Assembly: GCA_963709405.1 (NCBI GenBank)
Contig: CAVPXM010000015.1
Location: forward strand, 1-40,771
Reading direction: 5' to 3'
Length of the DNA stretch: 40,771 nucleotides
Source: an uncultured Nitrososphaerales archaeon
GTDB taxonomy: Archaea > Thermoproteota > Nitrososphaeria > Nitrososphaerales > Nitrososphaeraceae
In this document: positions 20,809 through 33,092 of the stretch, in pieces
How positions within the stretch are numbered: the first letter of the stretch is position 1
Layout: every line of letters begins with the position of its first letter
The notes under the pieces: generated by a model
The model's input: only the letters and a program-made list of their open reading frames with translations
What the model was told of the DNA's origin: nothing
The model's database searches: none
Translations under genes and position numbers: made by a program

Positions 20809-21271
20809 TAAGAAAAAAGTAAAACTAAAATATATTGTTGATCTTCAGAGTTGTTTTGACTAGCAGTTACAAATGGTTCAAATCCAAAAGATAGTAGTGA
20901 AATATTTCTCAAAATACCTAAAACGCAGAAATCTGACTGGAGATATTGTGCAGAAAAAGGCATATAGATAAGTAAACTGTATTATAAAGCTCAACCAATT
21001 TCAGCATTTGTTTGATCGCTGGCGGTGTCTAGCCATAGTCAAGGCATATCTGTTACAACAGATATGACCTTGTCCTATACTTGGCTGGGTTGAAGCAGTG
21101 ACCTTTATTATCAATTCGAATAATGTTAATTACGGATTGATGAGATCAAATGAGTAGATCAATTACTCGGCTCATACATTCGTAAACGCGTTGATTATCC
21201 ATTTTAGCTTACTGTCTGCTTAAATATTTTGTATTTTATATACAATACTAATTTGAATAGAATCGTAAGAA

Positions 21272-21469
21272 ATGTTTCAAGATGAGAAGATTGATGGCCA
21301 CATTATTAGTAATGATATAGCGGCAGTGGTAGGAATCGTCAATTTTGATGTAGGTCAAGCTCAACAATCCACTCAGAACGAAGTCCAAATGTGCGATCCT
21401 AATAATCCAAAACTCAACTTCGTTAATTCAACTGAATCAGAGATACGCGGTATTGATTTGATTATGTAG
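21272..21469 (+). pseudogene. Degraded small secreted-type hypothetical protein
   Basis: Short ORF with AQQS..MCDPNNPKLNFVNSTES; a signal-like part appears disrupted. Confidence 0.3.
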
Positions 21470-21670
21470 AGGACACGGAGCAATGGACAACACGCATTGG
21501 ACCAGTACAGCCGTATGTTTTAGCAGATCTTTTTGGCGGCTTGAGACTCATTCTGATCATTTACATGAGGTACCGCAATCCCTCATATCCTTCCCATAAG
21601 TAGTAATAGAATTCTGAATACAAATGCGACTTCATATTCTAGCAACAAATGAAGAGGAAGAGGAAGAGAG

Positions 21671-21763
21671 ATGCTTTTCTCCTTCCTCAAGAGAATGTTA
21701 CTTCGAAGTGTTGCTTCTGGCGTTGTGAGTCATGCTCGTTGTCCTGTAACGGTAGTAAAATAA
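21671..21763 (+). pseudogene. Universal stress protein (UspA family) C-terminal fragment
   Basis: FLKRMLLRSVASGVVSHARCPVTVVK* matches the USP tail LLGSVa..Vv.hA.CPV.VVk, with G->R in GS. Confidence 0.8.
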
Positions 21764-21875
21764 TAGTTCTGATAATCAGGTTAGATCATAAAATTGTTCA
21801 ACTCTAATATGCTTAATTTCATTTCTTACCGTTGGGAGGATTTGGATCATTTGGACAATGAAGATTTATCTATCG

Positions 21876-22403
21876 CTAAACATGCCATTCTAATTCATGT
21901 TCTTTTCTTTCTTTAACGTCATCAAAATCTAGGTTACAATAATGGCATCTTAGACATGTTATTATGCTAAGAGGATAGTCTATGTTTCTTTGGATGCTCT
22001 TAGCTTCTTCCAATTCCTCTTCAACCATTCTTCTTGAAGATGATGGATAAACAGTATGATGTGTTATTGGTATATTTTTCTCCAAATATTCTTCTTGCGG
22101 CTGGTACTGTAATGCTTCTTTGTACCGTTCAATTAAATGTCTTAGAGTGTAGTTCCAACCTTGCTTAAAATCTCCAAGATGATAAGATTCTGCCACAACA
22201 TGGGTATACCTTGTATTGGGATCTGTTTTTGCAAGGAATAATAATTCTTCTGGCCTAATGACATCTGCAGCATCAGATATAGGTAAACAAAGAGCAAATT
22301 CTGTTTCATATACGTTAGACCAAAGCTGTATTTTTTGCTTTTGTACTTCTTCTTCCTTATTGTCATTAACTTGGAAGCCAAATGATTTTCTGTCTGTTAT
22401 CAT
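21876..22403 (-). CDS. Hypothetical protein with C-terminal C2H2 zinc finger
   Basis: 175-aa ORF ending CHYCNLDFDDVKERKEHELEWHV. Confidence 0.7.
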   Translation of the reverse strand: MITDRKSFGFQVNDNKEEEVQKQKIQLWSNVYETEFALCLPISDAADVIRPEELLFLAKTDPNTRYTHVVAESYHLGDFKQGWNYTLRHLIERYKEALQYQPQEEYLEKNIPITHHTVYPSSSRRMVEEELEEAKSIQRNIDYPLSIITCLRCHYCNLDFDDVKERKEHELEWHV

Positions 22404-22709
22404 TGTTATTATTATTCATTTATCCCTTGAAAATATCAATGAGCGTCGGTACAGATGAAACTGCAATTATACCTGCTGCAACGATTATGAATTTTGAGTT
22501 ATTATTCATCTATCAGTATGGGCGTCCTACCTTAATAACCTAGTGTTTAATTTGTTTATTCAATACCCATCTACCTGACTATTTCATTTGTTATCGTTAT
22601 GCTCCGGCCAGCGTTATCATTAGCAACGGAGTGTTATGCTATGAAACTTCTATATCATCTTGGGCAGATGGGTAAGGTCAAAAAGATGGACCAGAAATAA
22701 TATGAATTA

Positions 22710-22881
22710 TTATTGGTTCTTTGTAGCAGCCTGAATTCTCTGCGTTAGTTGATACATATTATCATGACATTGACATTCGCAAATTCTTGTTATTTTTTGA
22801 ACCATGAATAGTTTCTAATACATTGCCTTCACATAGGCCATATTCATTTTGCATACACTTTTCCGATTTATATCCCACCAA
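22710..22881 (-). CDS. Small Cys-rich CxCxCH protein, one frameshift in an A-run
   Basis: VGYKSEKCMQNEYGLCEGNVLETIHGSK-(shift near 22795)-ITRICECQCHDNMYQLTQRIQAATKNQ*; TATA-like TATATA about 25 nt upstream. Confidence 0.55.
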
Positions 22882-23075
22882 TTAGGCTTCTTATGTCTAT
22901 AATCTATATATGTGCATGTCGAAAACGTTTAGTGAAAGTATTGATAAATGATTTATTATTGGTTATTCCGATAGTGTTCTTCGGTCCTATATTTGTCCCT
23001 TTCTTCTATTTCACGTAAGCTATATCTCGTTTCCAAGGGTTTTGAGATAGGACTCCAACTGCACTTGAATGATAT

Positions 23076-23960
23076 TCAGAAAATTCGCAGGATTTCAGTG
23101 TTAGCAAATATGTCTGGAGGAAGATCTCCTTCAAAATAGTCCGAAATATTCGAAAGCAGTGATAATATCTGGTTGGTAACTCCGTAGGCTAATCCCATTG
23201 GGGCTACGCCATACAACGGACCTTTAGTTAGTTCGTATAGGTTTGGTGGCATGCCTTCCTTGTCAACTGTAGTCATTGTTGCAATAACCTGTTGGGCCAT
23301 ACCTATTACCTCTCTACTGCTAGGATCTAGAATAGGCGAACCGCTAGAACCCCCCACAGCAACGATATCCGTTTGAATTCCCCATGGTTTGGGACTATCA
23401 TCGTGGGGCATTAGTCCGGCAATGCGCCCCGATTGAATAATGGGACTCAAACGAATTCCCTCTCCGTCTCCATTTTTATACAGAATCAACGATAATCTTC
23501 CACTCGGATATCCACAAATTACGATCTCATCGTAAAGTTCCAATTGGCAAGGTTCCTTGATAGTTAAGAAATTATCCGAAGGACGATCCAGTTTTCCTAC
23601 TCCGATATCTAGATCAATTGACCCTGTAAATCCAGCAACTTCTTTGACAGGAGGAAGTCTGATCGATTCATTTATGCGATAAGTATTAAGATCTAACTGA
23701 TCACCTTTTGTGGTAATATTGAATGCCGAATACATTCCTTCGAGACCGTTATTCTTTTCCTTATATAAGGTGTTATAATTTAGACATTGACTAAAAACGT
23801 GTGCCGAACTGACAAAATACTCACCACCTATGAAAAAACCCGTCCCAAAACTACTTATGACATCGTTTGTATCCTTGTTAGAGAGACCTATTGCAACTGT
23901 AGCAGATTTGACTCCTTTCAACTTATCAGCTTCGATCATCATTAGCATATTGCTATACAA
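23076..23960 (-). CDS. Trypsin-like (S1) serine protease
   Basis: FGTGFF, SSAHV (His), DLDIGV (Asp), GYP, GGSSGSP (Ser). Confidence 0.88.
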   Translation of the reverse strand: MYSNMLMMIEADKLKGVKSATVAIGLSNKDTNDVISSFGTGFFIGGEYFVSSAHVFSQCLNYNTLYKEKNNGLEGMYSAFNITTKGDQLDLNTYRINESIRLPPVKEVAGFTGSIDLDIGVGKLDRPSDNFLTIKEPCQLELYDEIVICGYPSGRLSLILYKNGDGEGIRLSPIIQSGRIAGLMPHDDSPKPWGIQTDIVAVGGSSGSPILDPSSREVIGMAQQVIATMTTVDKEGMPPNLYELTKGPLYGVAPMGLAYGVTNQILSLLSNISDYFEGDLPPDIFANTEILRIF

Positions 23961-24519
23961 TTTAATAATCTTATGACATCAAATGAGATCCTATCTGATC
24001 TGGCATAATCAGCTGGCAGCACTGCGTTGGCCAATAGAAGAAGATCCATGGAAATATTTACGGTGATTGCCTTCGGTGAGTGGCTTCAAGAAAACCCAAT
24101 ATTCAACCACTAGCAATTCCTTAAAATTGAGATCGATGTTGTTATTCCAGGCTATCGGACCACATGGACATCATTATTTAAGCCAAAACCTAGTGATGTG
24201 GAATAGTCTCTTCCAATGTCCGTTTTTTGTGCCGGCTGGATGTCAGGTCAAAAATTAATCTTCATAACATTAAGCCATTGATTATTTCTCCCATTCCATT
24301 CCCGTCAGCTGCTGTTCAGGGTTAGATATTGATCTGTTCGTTAGATTTACAGGAGGCATTGACTAAGCTGGTAAAATTAGTCGAGAAAGATTGATTTAGT
24401 TGAGAGGGACATTGATTCGAGTTATTTGCAGCATACATGGATTGGACTTCCTCCTACCCAGTCGCGCGACGGCTCTTCAGAAAACCGCCGGCTATTCGAC
24501 ACTCGACATTTGCTTATTA

Positions 24520-24624
24520 TCATTCAATTTCTGAATGTTCTTCAGCAATATGCTTATCAAGTTCTTCTTTAGATTCGAATATTGTTTCACAATCCTTGCA
24601 TTCATGGGATTCCACTGATGACAT
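24520..24624 (-). CDS. Single C2H2 zinc-finger microprotein (34 aa), not in the ORF track
   Basis: MSSVESHECKDCETIFESKEELDKHIAEEHSEIE* fits C-x2-C-x3-F-x5-L-x2-H-x4-H; TAAATAA about 25 nt upstream. Confidence 0.75.
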   Translation of the reverse strand: MSSVESHECKDCETIFESKEELDKHIAEEHSEIE

Positions 24625-24792
24625 TCAGGTATCATCATACTTGGATGTTATTTAGGATTTTTAGTATGAAACTAACATCAAATTAGGAATATCTTGATCA
24701 CATTGATATCTATATAGATAACGTAGTTTCATAATTTCAATATAAAATATTTGGATAACGCAAATAAGATAAAACGACTCTCCAATTTACCT

Positions 24793-26356
24793 ATGAATAA
24801 ATTAATAACGTTAATCGTACCAATATTTGGGTTTTGGTTTCTTGTTTCAGGTATTATGTTTTTAACGATAAACACTGAAACTTCAGAAGTTCGGCCACAT
24901 CGATAGTGAAGACAAATACTCCCATCAAACATCTTGTGGTTATATTCCAAGAAAATGTATCTTTTGATCATTATTTTGCCACGTATCCTAATGCTACAAA
25001 TCCTTCAGGAGAACCAAAGTTTTCATCTAGTCCGGGTACACCATCTGTGAACGTGTTGTCCTCTAATCTTTTAGTAAATAACCCTAATGGCAATTATTCA
25101 GTGAATCCATTTCGATTCGATAGATCTCAAGCAATGACATGCGATATGGACCACGAATATCCAGCAGAACAACAAGCTTATCATGGTGGACTCGGATAAA
25201 TTTATAGAATTTGCAAGCTCAACTGATTCAGGCTGTACCGACGCAGCTCACAAAAGGCAGGTAATGGGATATTTAGATGGAAATACTGTCACGGCCTTGT
25301 GGAATTATGCCCAACATTTTGCAATGAGCGACAATTCTTTTGGTACCACGTTCGGTCCATCTACTCCTGGAGGATTAAACCTTGTTTCTGGTCAGACTCA
25401 TGGTGCAACTCCTGTCAACATCGCTGATAATGTAGCTAATGGGACGGTGATAGCCGATCCAGATCCTCGTTATGATGATCGTTTAAGCGGCACTGAAAAT
25501 AGCTATGACTGGAAGAAATATCGGTGTTGTTCTCGACTCAAAAAATATAACTTGGGGATGGTTTCAAGGAGGATTTAAACCAACTAGCAAGACTATTGAT
25601 GGCAGAGCGGTATGTGGTTCTGTACATAAGAACATAAATGGGACTGAAGAGAAAGATTATGTTTCACATCATGCACCTTTCATGTATTATAGCTTAACAT
25701 CTAATCCTCATCACTTGCCTCCTACTACAGTTGCGATGATTGGGAATACTGATCAAGCAAATCACCAGTATGATTTGAGTGATTTCTGGAACTCAGCTGA
25801 AAACGAATATTTACCTGAAGTAAGCTTCCTAAAAGCACCCAAGTATCAAAATGGACATGCAGGGTACTCTGACCCAATAGACGAAGAACATTTTCTTGTC
25901 TCAACAATCAATCGTATTGAACAGATTCCAGAATGGAATGATACAGCAATCATCATCTCATATGATGATTCTGACGGATGGTATGATCATGTAATGCCAC
26001 CCATAATTAGTCAATCTAACGATCCCAAATATGATAAACTTCTAGGATCTGACCTGTGTGGACATGTGTCTCCAGGGGTATATCAAGATCGATGTGGATA
26101 TGGTCCTCGCCTGCCGTTATTAGTAATCTCCACATATTCAAAGACAAACTTTGTAGATCATTCCATTACTGACCAGACATCTATCATACGCTTTATCGAA
26201 GATAACTGGGGATTAGGAAGACTAGGAAATCAATCGTTTGATGCAAAGGCTGGAAAAATAGATAATATGTTTGATTTCAGTAATGGCGCTCATCATGCAG
26301 GGAGATTGTCCCTGGATCCTGGCATGGGGACACAAAAGCCGATCGCAACTGGATGA
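24793..26356 (+). CDS. Secreted phosphoesterase / phospholipase C-acid phosphatase (AcpA/PlcH family); three frameshifts
   Basis: Signal peptide from ATG 24793; TPIKHLVVIFQENVSFDHYF, DMDH, MSDNSF, GPSTPG, GHAG, YDDSDGWYDH, YGPRLP. Shifts near 24890, 25190 and 25500. Confidence 0.88.
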
Positions 26357-26505
26357 CATAAGCGACCTACCTTTCTACCCATGTTTTATTCTATTCAGCA
26401 AGGTTGGAAGGCCAGATTTAGTGTACTGAAATTTTTTGATTAGTTGTTTCTATATACGTACAACTACGATTATTAGTAATTGGTCCGTTATAATATATCT
26501 GAGAC

Positions 26506-26982
26506 TTGGCAAGTACAGATCTACCTATAGAGTCGTTGGACGCGATAAACGTATTGATTGAAATTCCTAAAGATAGTGTTATCAAATATGAAATGGATAC
26601 TGAAACTGGAGTAATTGTTGTAGATAGAGTACTAACAGTGAAGATGAACTATCCAAGTAATTATGGATATATTCTCGATACTAGAGAACAAGATGGTGAT
26701 CGTATGGATGCATTTGTGCTAGGCGACTACCCATTAATCCCAACATCAATTATAAAGTCACGTCCGGTGGGAGTAGTACTAACTCAAGATCAGGATGGTA
26801 TCGATTCAAAAATTATTGCAGTGCCTGCGACAAGTGTGGATCCTAGTTTCTCAAATATAGATGATATAGATGATATCCCAAACTATATGCTTAGTAAACT
26901 TCAACATTTCATCGAACACCACAAGGTTTTCTTTCCGATTGCTCTTTCTTATAATGGCAAGTCCAACAATAGCCGCATCTGA
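26506..26982 (+). CDS. ppa: Family I inorganic pyrophosphatase with replaced C-terminus
   Basis: IEIP, KYE, DRVL, YPSNYG, DGDRMD, DSKII; homology ends after FIEHHK (about 26925). Confidence 0.85.
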   Translation: MASTDLPIESLDAINVLIEIPKDSVIKYEMDTETGVIVVDRVLTVKMNYPSNYGYILDTREQDGDRMDAFVLGDYPLIPTSIIKSRPVGVVLTQDQDGIDSKIIAVPATSVDPSFSNIDDIDDIPNYMLSKLQHFIEHHKVFFPIALSYNGKSNNSRI

Positions 26983-27082
26983 TGCAAGCAAATTGGGTTC
27001 TACATTTACAGTGTTCACATTCTGTATACGTAAACGTCAAGGTACTCCGTAGATATTCATGCGCATATTTATTGACCCTCAT
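26909..27082 (-). CDS. Small Cys-rich zinc-binding protein (57 aa), not in the ORF track
   Basis: ...TYTECEHCKCRTQFACIRCGYCWTCHYKKEQSERK...; CxxC followed by CxxCxxCxxCH; start uncertain. Confidence 0.65.
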   Translation of the reverse strand: MRVNKYAHEYLRSTLTFTYTECEHCKCRTQFACIRCGYCWTCHYKKEQSERKPCGVR

Positions 27083-27443
27083 GTAAATTGTTTTATATCA
27101 TAATACCCAAAAGTAAGAAAAAAACCTGTTCGCCATGAACTAAAGTTACTTTATGATCTCAATATAGTATACTAGATCTACATGATATATATAAAAAATT
27201 AAGAATCGTTCCTCATAATTTGTGAAATAGATTCAAGTACCTCTGAAATGAAATTAACACCCAAAAATGGGAAAAATGTGATCAAGAAAGTCATTTTTAT
27301 GTTCTTCGTTCCTCTGCCTGTGACAATATGTGTATCTCTGATATCCCTAATACATATCTTCAATAAGCACCTCTGCTGAGTCGAAGTCAATATACAGTAT
27401 ATAATAAGTAAGTGAGAAAGTATTATCAATATTAAGAGCTAAG

Positions 27444-28454
27444 ATGGTAATATTGGCAAGGAATGTAGAAAAAATTGAATCAAAGGGCATCAAAAATACA
27501 AATCGCAAGTTGGTAGGCGAACGACATCGTAACGATAATAGTATCAATAATGATATTACAGACATCGCGGCAGTCGATGGTAAGACAACAATTAGGCTTA
27601 CGACTGCTTTTAGGAATAACAAATCAAAACTAAGAAATAATAATCCAATCCTTATTGCTGGATTTCCAGGCCCTGGCTTCGTAGGATCAATAGCCACAAG
27701 CTATATTATTGACAAACTAAATATGCAACAAATAGCGTGTGTGGAGTCACAATTCATTTCACCTGGTGTGATCTATGTTGGCGGAAGATTGAGGCACCCA
27801 TTCCGTCTGTATGCTAATGTTCACCACAATGTTTGCGTACTAGTCTGTGAAGCACCTATACTTATACACGGCATTTATTCACTATTGGATACCGTTATTA
27901 GATGGTCTATAAGCAATAATGTCAAGGAGGTGTTAGCCTCTGGGACAAACGCCTCGAAGGTATTCCTGTTCAAGGTTTACCAAATTCCGATAGGGAACCA
28001 ATCATTTTATCTGGTAATGAAGAAGATGAAAATATGATTGATGCAAGTGTTATTGATAATAGTAGCGGTGATATTAATAGTAACAAGATTCAATTCCAAG
28101 AGCAACAAATAGAAGCAGGTAATAGGATTACCCCAGCTGCTAAAACCGATGAACATACTGCATTCATTGGAGGAATCTCAGGTGGTTTGTTATCGTCTTG
28201 TCTATCAAATGGAATCCGGTGTACGGCAGTACTTATTCCCGCCCCTAGTGGAATTCCTGATCCAGAAGGAGTCAGCAATTATGATTGAGACAATTAGTAA
28301 AATTACTGACAATGAAGCTTTGAAGATAGACGTAAAGAAGCTTAGAGATGAAGGGGCTTCCTTGAAGCTACGTATGCAAGAGATCATTAGGTCAGTACAA
28401 GATCAGCAACAGCAAGTCAACCAGGGACAACAACAAAAATCGATTTACGGATGA
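27444..28454 (+). CDS. PAC2 family (proteasome assembly chaperone, PbaA/B-like); frameshifted
   Basis: LIAGFPGPGFVGSIA, HPFRLY, FIGGISGGLL, PDPE and the C-terminal IYG, spread over ORFs 27444, 28034 and 28149. Confidence 0.82.
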
Positions 28455-29446
28455 TGGATATCGATCAGTTTGATCCGGCGTGAGAAATATAATCTAAATA
28501 CATTTTGTTGACTATGCTGATCCCATAGATTGTAAAATATAAAAACTTTCATTTACACCTGATCCACACGGTCATCATTCGGTTTCAATCATTGATTACT
28601 TGAAAATGTGGTAAAGATATAGTATACTGTTCAGGCCTAGTATCCCAGCTTGTTTGGTAATGCGATGTAATCAACACAGTATGATCAATATCTTCAGATC
28701 TTGAATTATGAATACCAACAGAAGAATTGTAGTAGTCATTAACATTGCCATAAACTTAATACAGACCCAGAAATGAAATGAGAATCACTCCAAGCTGTTC
28801 AGTTCTTTTGAAAAGTAGAAAATAAAAGATAATTAATTGAAATGTATCAGGAAAGTGCTATTATCAAGACAAATATACCACTAATATCATTTAGTAAACC
28901 TGTGCCCAAGCAAAAGAGCGAACAACAGTACTACGGATAGTGATGAGATATCATTTCTTGATTGTTCAGAGCACAATTGCGTCTGCTATATAGATATCGT
29001 ACACTCTACAAAAGTCATATCTGAAGTTAATACAAGTGATAAGATTGCACAATATTATTTTATATTTCTTGACTCAATATCAAATTATAGTTCACATGAT
29101 TGCGGGAAAAATAATCCATATCGGCGATGGTATGGTGTGCTACTCCCCAGAAACGTCTAACCATGATAAGAAATCTGCATTTAGAAATGTTATTAATTGT
29201 GAGATAGCCATGATGGCAGCATTCGATTTATCAACATTGGAAGGTATGAAATGGAACTCCCAGATGTTAGCTATAGAATTAGTGCAGATTACGGAATATT
29301 CCGCATCGTAAAATCACTAACGTCAGAGTTATGATTTATTTTGCCGAACCATCCATTTTCAGCACGAATAGAGATTCTGGCTGAAGGTAAAGAATCAAAG
29401 GAGTTAGCCGACTAATTAATTGATTTGGGATCTAGCCCCCACAGAT

Positions 29447-29938
29447 TTAATCTCTGATTGTAACTTTTGTCATCTTTGCTTCTTCCGGATCAACAGGTGC
29501 ATCAGCAGAATCAGTGCTTATTCCCTCTATTTTATCAACGATCTCCAGACCAGAGGTCACTCTTCCAAATACAGTATATTGGCCATCTAGAAAACTTGAG
29601 TCTTTTAAAACTATAAAGAACTGAGAGCCGGCACTATTTGGATCCTGTGACCTTGCCATTGATAATGCCCCACGAGAATGTTTGTTTTTATTAAATTCTG
29701 CTTTTATATTCCAACCTGGGCCACCAGTGCCCCATGTATTTCTACTAGCTAGGTTTCTTGTATTGGGATCTCCTCCCTGTATTACAAATTTAGGAACTAT
29801 TCTATGGAATATCAAACCATCGTAAAATCCTTTTCTTGCCAACTCCATAAAATTTTCAACAGATTTTGGCGCATGCTCAGGATAAAATTCTAACTGTATA
29901 TCGCCAAATTTTGTAGTTATCACCCCAGTACTTGTCAT
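29447..29938 (-). CDS. Cyclophilin-type peptidyl-prolyl cis-trans isomerase
   Basis: FHRIVPKFVIQGGDP, LSMAR, SAGSQFFI, LDGQYTVFG. Confidence 0.95.
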   Translation of the reverse strand: MTSTGVITTKFGDIQLEFYPEHAPKSVENFMELARKGFYDGLIFHRIVPKFVIQGGDPNTRNLASRNTWGTGGPGWNIKAEFNKNKHSRGALSMARSQDPNSAGSQFFIVLKDSSFLDGQYTVFGRVTSGLEIVDKIEGISTDSADAPVDPEEAKMTKVTIRD

Positions 29939-30302
29939 TACGACTTCATCTTTCAGATGACTATATTAAGTAATCATTATGTGAAACGAGACCGGCCACA
30001 TATTTTAACATTCGTCACTATATTTGAACGGACAAGTCATCCATGTATCGCTATATTAAAGTAAATTAAGAGAAAGATCACACGATCAGATTCAAATTAT
30101 GGAATCATGTAATGATCAGTCTTATTCTGATATGGAGAATCAGCATATATCTAATTAATGCAATTTTTCATCATTGAAATATTGCAAGTTATTACCAATT
30201 TTGGTTATCTGATTATACCGATGAAGTGCAAAGTTGTAACCGATGTAATTGAAATCAACCTCCAAACTTTACACCCCAATATTTCGTGATTGCTTAGAAC
30301 TA

Positions 30303-31118
30303 TCACCATAACACCGTGCCTCCGTCTATTACAATAGTATTACCTGTAGCAAAGGAAAAATTATCACTTGCAATACATGCGGCAACCTTGCCAACTTCCT
30401 CCGGTCTACCCCATCTTTTCATTGAAGGTTCTTCAGCAGCTTTATTTCTGTCTGCTTCAGTCAATGAATTATATGTTGCTAGTGTTGCTATATTGCCAAG
30501 CGCCATGGTATAAGCTCGAATGTTTTTACCACCGTACTCCATGGCAATACATTTTGTCAATGCTATGTTTGCTGCTTTTGCTATAGTATATGGGGCTCCT
30601 CGAGTATATCCGGTGATCGCAGGAGTTGAAGAAATATTTATTATTACTCCGCCTTTACTCTGCTCGTTTGCTATTTTTTTGAGCATAGAAGAAATGACCG
30701 CCCTAGATAAGCGTACCGAACCCTCAAGGTCAGCTGCTAGGATCGCGTGTAGCTCTTCATCCGTAACCTCATGGAATTGTTTGTACCAAATATTGCTATC
30801 AAAATGGTAGCCGGCATTATTTACTAAAATATCAATTCTTTCATGTACTGATAATATTTCGTGCATGAACTTTCTAACGCTCGAATCATTCGTCACATCA
30901 ATTTCGGTAGCATATACTTTACCCTTGATTTGCTCTGCTGCTTTTATGGCTTGATCCTTATTCCTCGAACAAACAATGGTAGTAGCGTCGTTATTTTCTG
31001 CAAATTCTTTTGCTATTGAAAATCCTATTCCTCTAGTTGATCCTGTCACCACTGCAATCTTATCTTTTAGCAATAATGATCGTATATTTTGATCGTCTCT
31101 TTCTACTTTTTTGCTCAT
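30303..31118 (-). CDS. Short-chain dehydrogenase/reductase
   Basis: TGSTRGIG, NNAG, YTIAK. Confidence 0.92.
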   Translation of the reverse strand: MSKKVERDDQNIRSLLLKDKIAVVTGSTRGIGFSIAKEFAENNDATTIVCSRNKDQAIKAAEQIKGKVYATEIDVTNDSSVRKFMHEILSVHERIDILVNNAGYHFDSNIWYKQFHEVTDEELHAILAADLEGSVRLSRAVISSMLKKIANEQSKGGVIINISSTPAITGYTRGAPYTIAKAANIALTKCIAMEYGGKNIRAYTMALGNIATLATYNSLTEADRNKAAEEPSMKRWGRPEEVGKVAACIASDNFSFATGNTIVIDGGTVLW

Positions 31119-31334
31119 AGTTTATTGATAGATCGTGTATTGATATAAGCAGTCAACATCTCGTTTAATAGGGGAATCACAATACGTGTTCTTAGTTATC
31201 TTCAAAGTTCCAGTTTAGGGTTAGGATCTCATTATTTTATATGCAACAAATTGTCCGATCGCAAGGAGATAATAAATATAGTTGCAAATATACGCAAATT
31301 AAACTGATTTAATCAGGACAGTAGTGTAATATCA

Positions 31335-32066
<732 letters not shown>

Positions 32067-32596
32067 ATGATTGGAGTATCTTAAAGGATGTCCCTTCATA
32101 TATAATCTGGTATAGTATGACAATCTATCTGGGTTTATTCAGATAATCATGGAATTGAATATTCAATAATATCTGGACATGATAATCCAATCCATCAGAA
32201 TATCTACTGAGATCAATATTTTGTAGCATAAAAATACTTAATCAGCTACTATTCCAGCGTTCTAGCCAGAATGTGATCAGATCGGGTAGCTTGTTACACA
32301 ATTCTGGAGTACATAGAGAATCAGTAGTGGGAACAGATACCGTGCTATATCATAGTGGTAACAAATTATGTGAATCGGTGACAATTAAACAAGATCATAT
32401 AATCAAGCGGTAGCTTTAACGTAAATCAAACATCAGTTGTGGTATATACTCATCGAAAAGTAAAGACTATGGCAAGAGTGCTTTAAAAACGACGTAATGG
32501 CGACATTTAGATATGAATGCTTGGCGAACCTAGAAAACGATATCATAATTGCATGTTAGGTTGCTTGGATGATCAAACAATAAAAGAATGAGATGG

Positions 32597-32845
32597 CTAA
32601 TGAATTATCCTTTTGCCTTCAATCACTATCATAGTCTGTGTAGACTTTACTTTCGTAATCCTTCTAATATTCCTGATTATATTTTCAAGTCTATACTGAG
32701 AATCGTCTGTTACTCTCACAATAATGTCGTAGGAGCAACCGTATATCCCACAAACTTCTTCCACACCGCGTATTGTCCTTATTTCGTCTATGACAGCCAA
32801 TTCGCATCCTAATTCGCAACTTATTAAAACATATGAAGTTGACAT
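32597..32845 (-). CDS. Lrp/AsnC ligand-binding domain protein (no HTH)
   Basis: YVLISCELG, V.EV..IYG.YDIIVRV, IRRITKVKSTQTMIV. Confidence 0.85.
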   Translation of the reverse strand: MSTSYVLISCELGCELAVIDEIRTIRGVEEVCGIYGCSYDIIVRVTDDSQYRLENIIRNIRRITKVKSTQTMIVIEGKRIIH

Positions 32846-33092
32846 AAGATAGACTCATAATATAGTACAGGATATAATACATAGATGTTATGATTCCACA
32901 TTACGGCTATCACAGCCGATGTTATTCTCTTTAATAGTTATTTCTGTATATTCTCAATTTCCACATCGTATCTTATTCTATCTAATAATCTTTACCGCCT
33001 TGCGACAATCATTTATCCACACCTTGCAAATCTTTTTTATAGCTATCTAATTCCAACTATAATATTCGTGAAGATTCTTAGATAATCATTTA

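Noticed and set aside
24000-24340. Possible decayed BNR/sialidase-like gene on the minus strand
   Set aside because: Multiple stops in all frames; only a faint DVHVV..PG resemblance.
24435-24510. GAGGAAGTCC on the minus strand resembling the RNase P RNA core or an IS200/IS605 end
   Set aside because: The 3' RNase P consensus is absent, the downstream sequence is AT-rich and unstructured, and there is no tnpA/tnpB.
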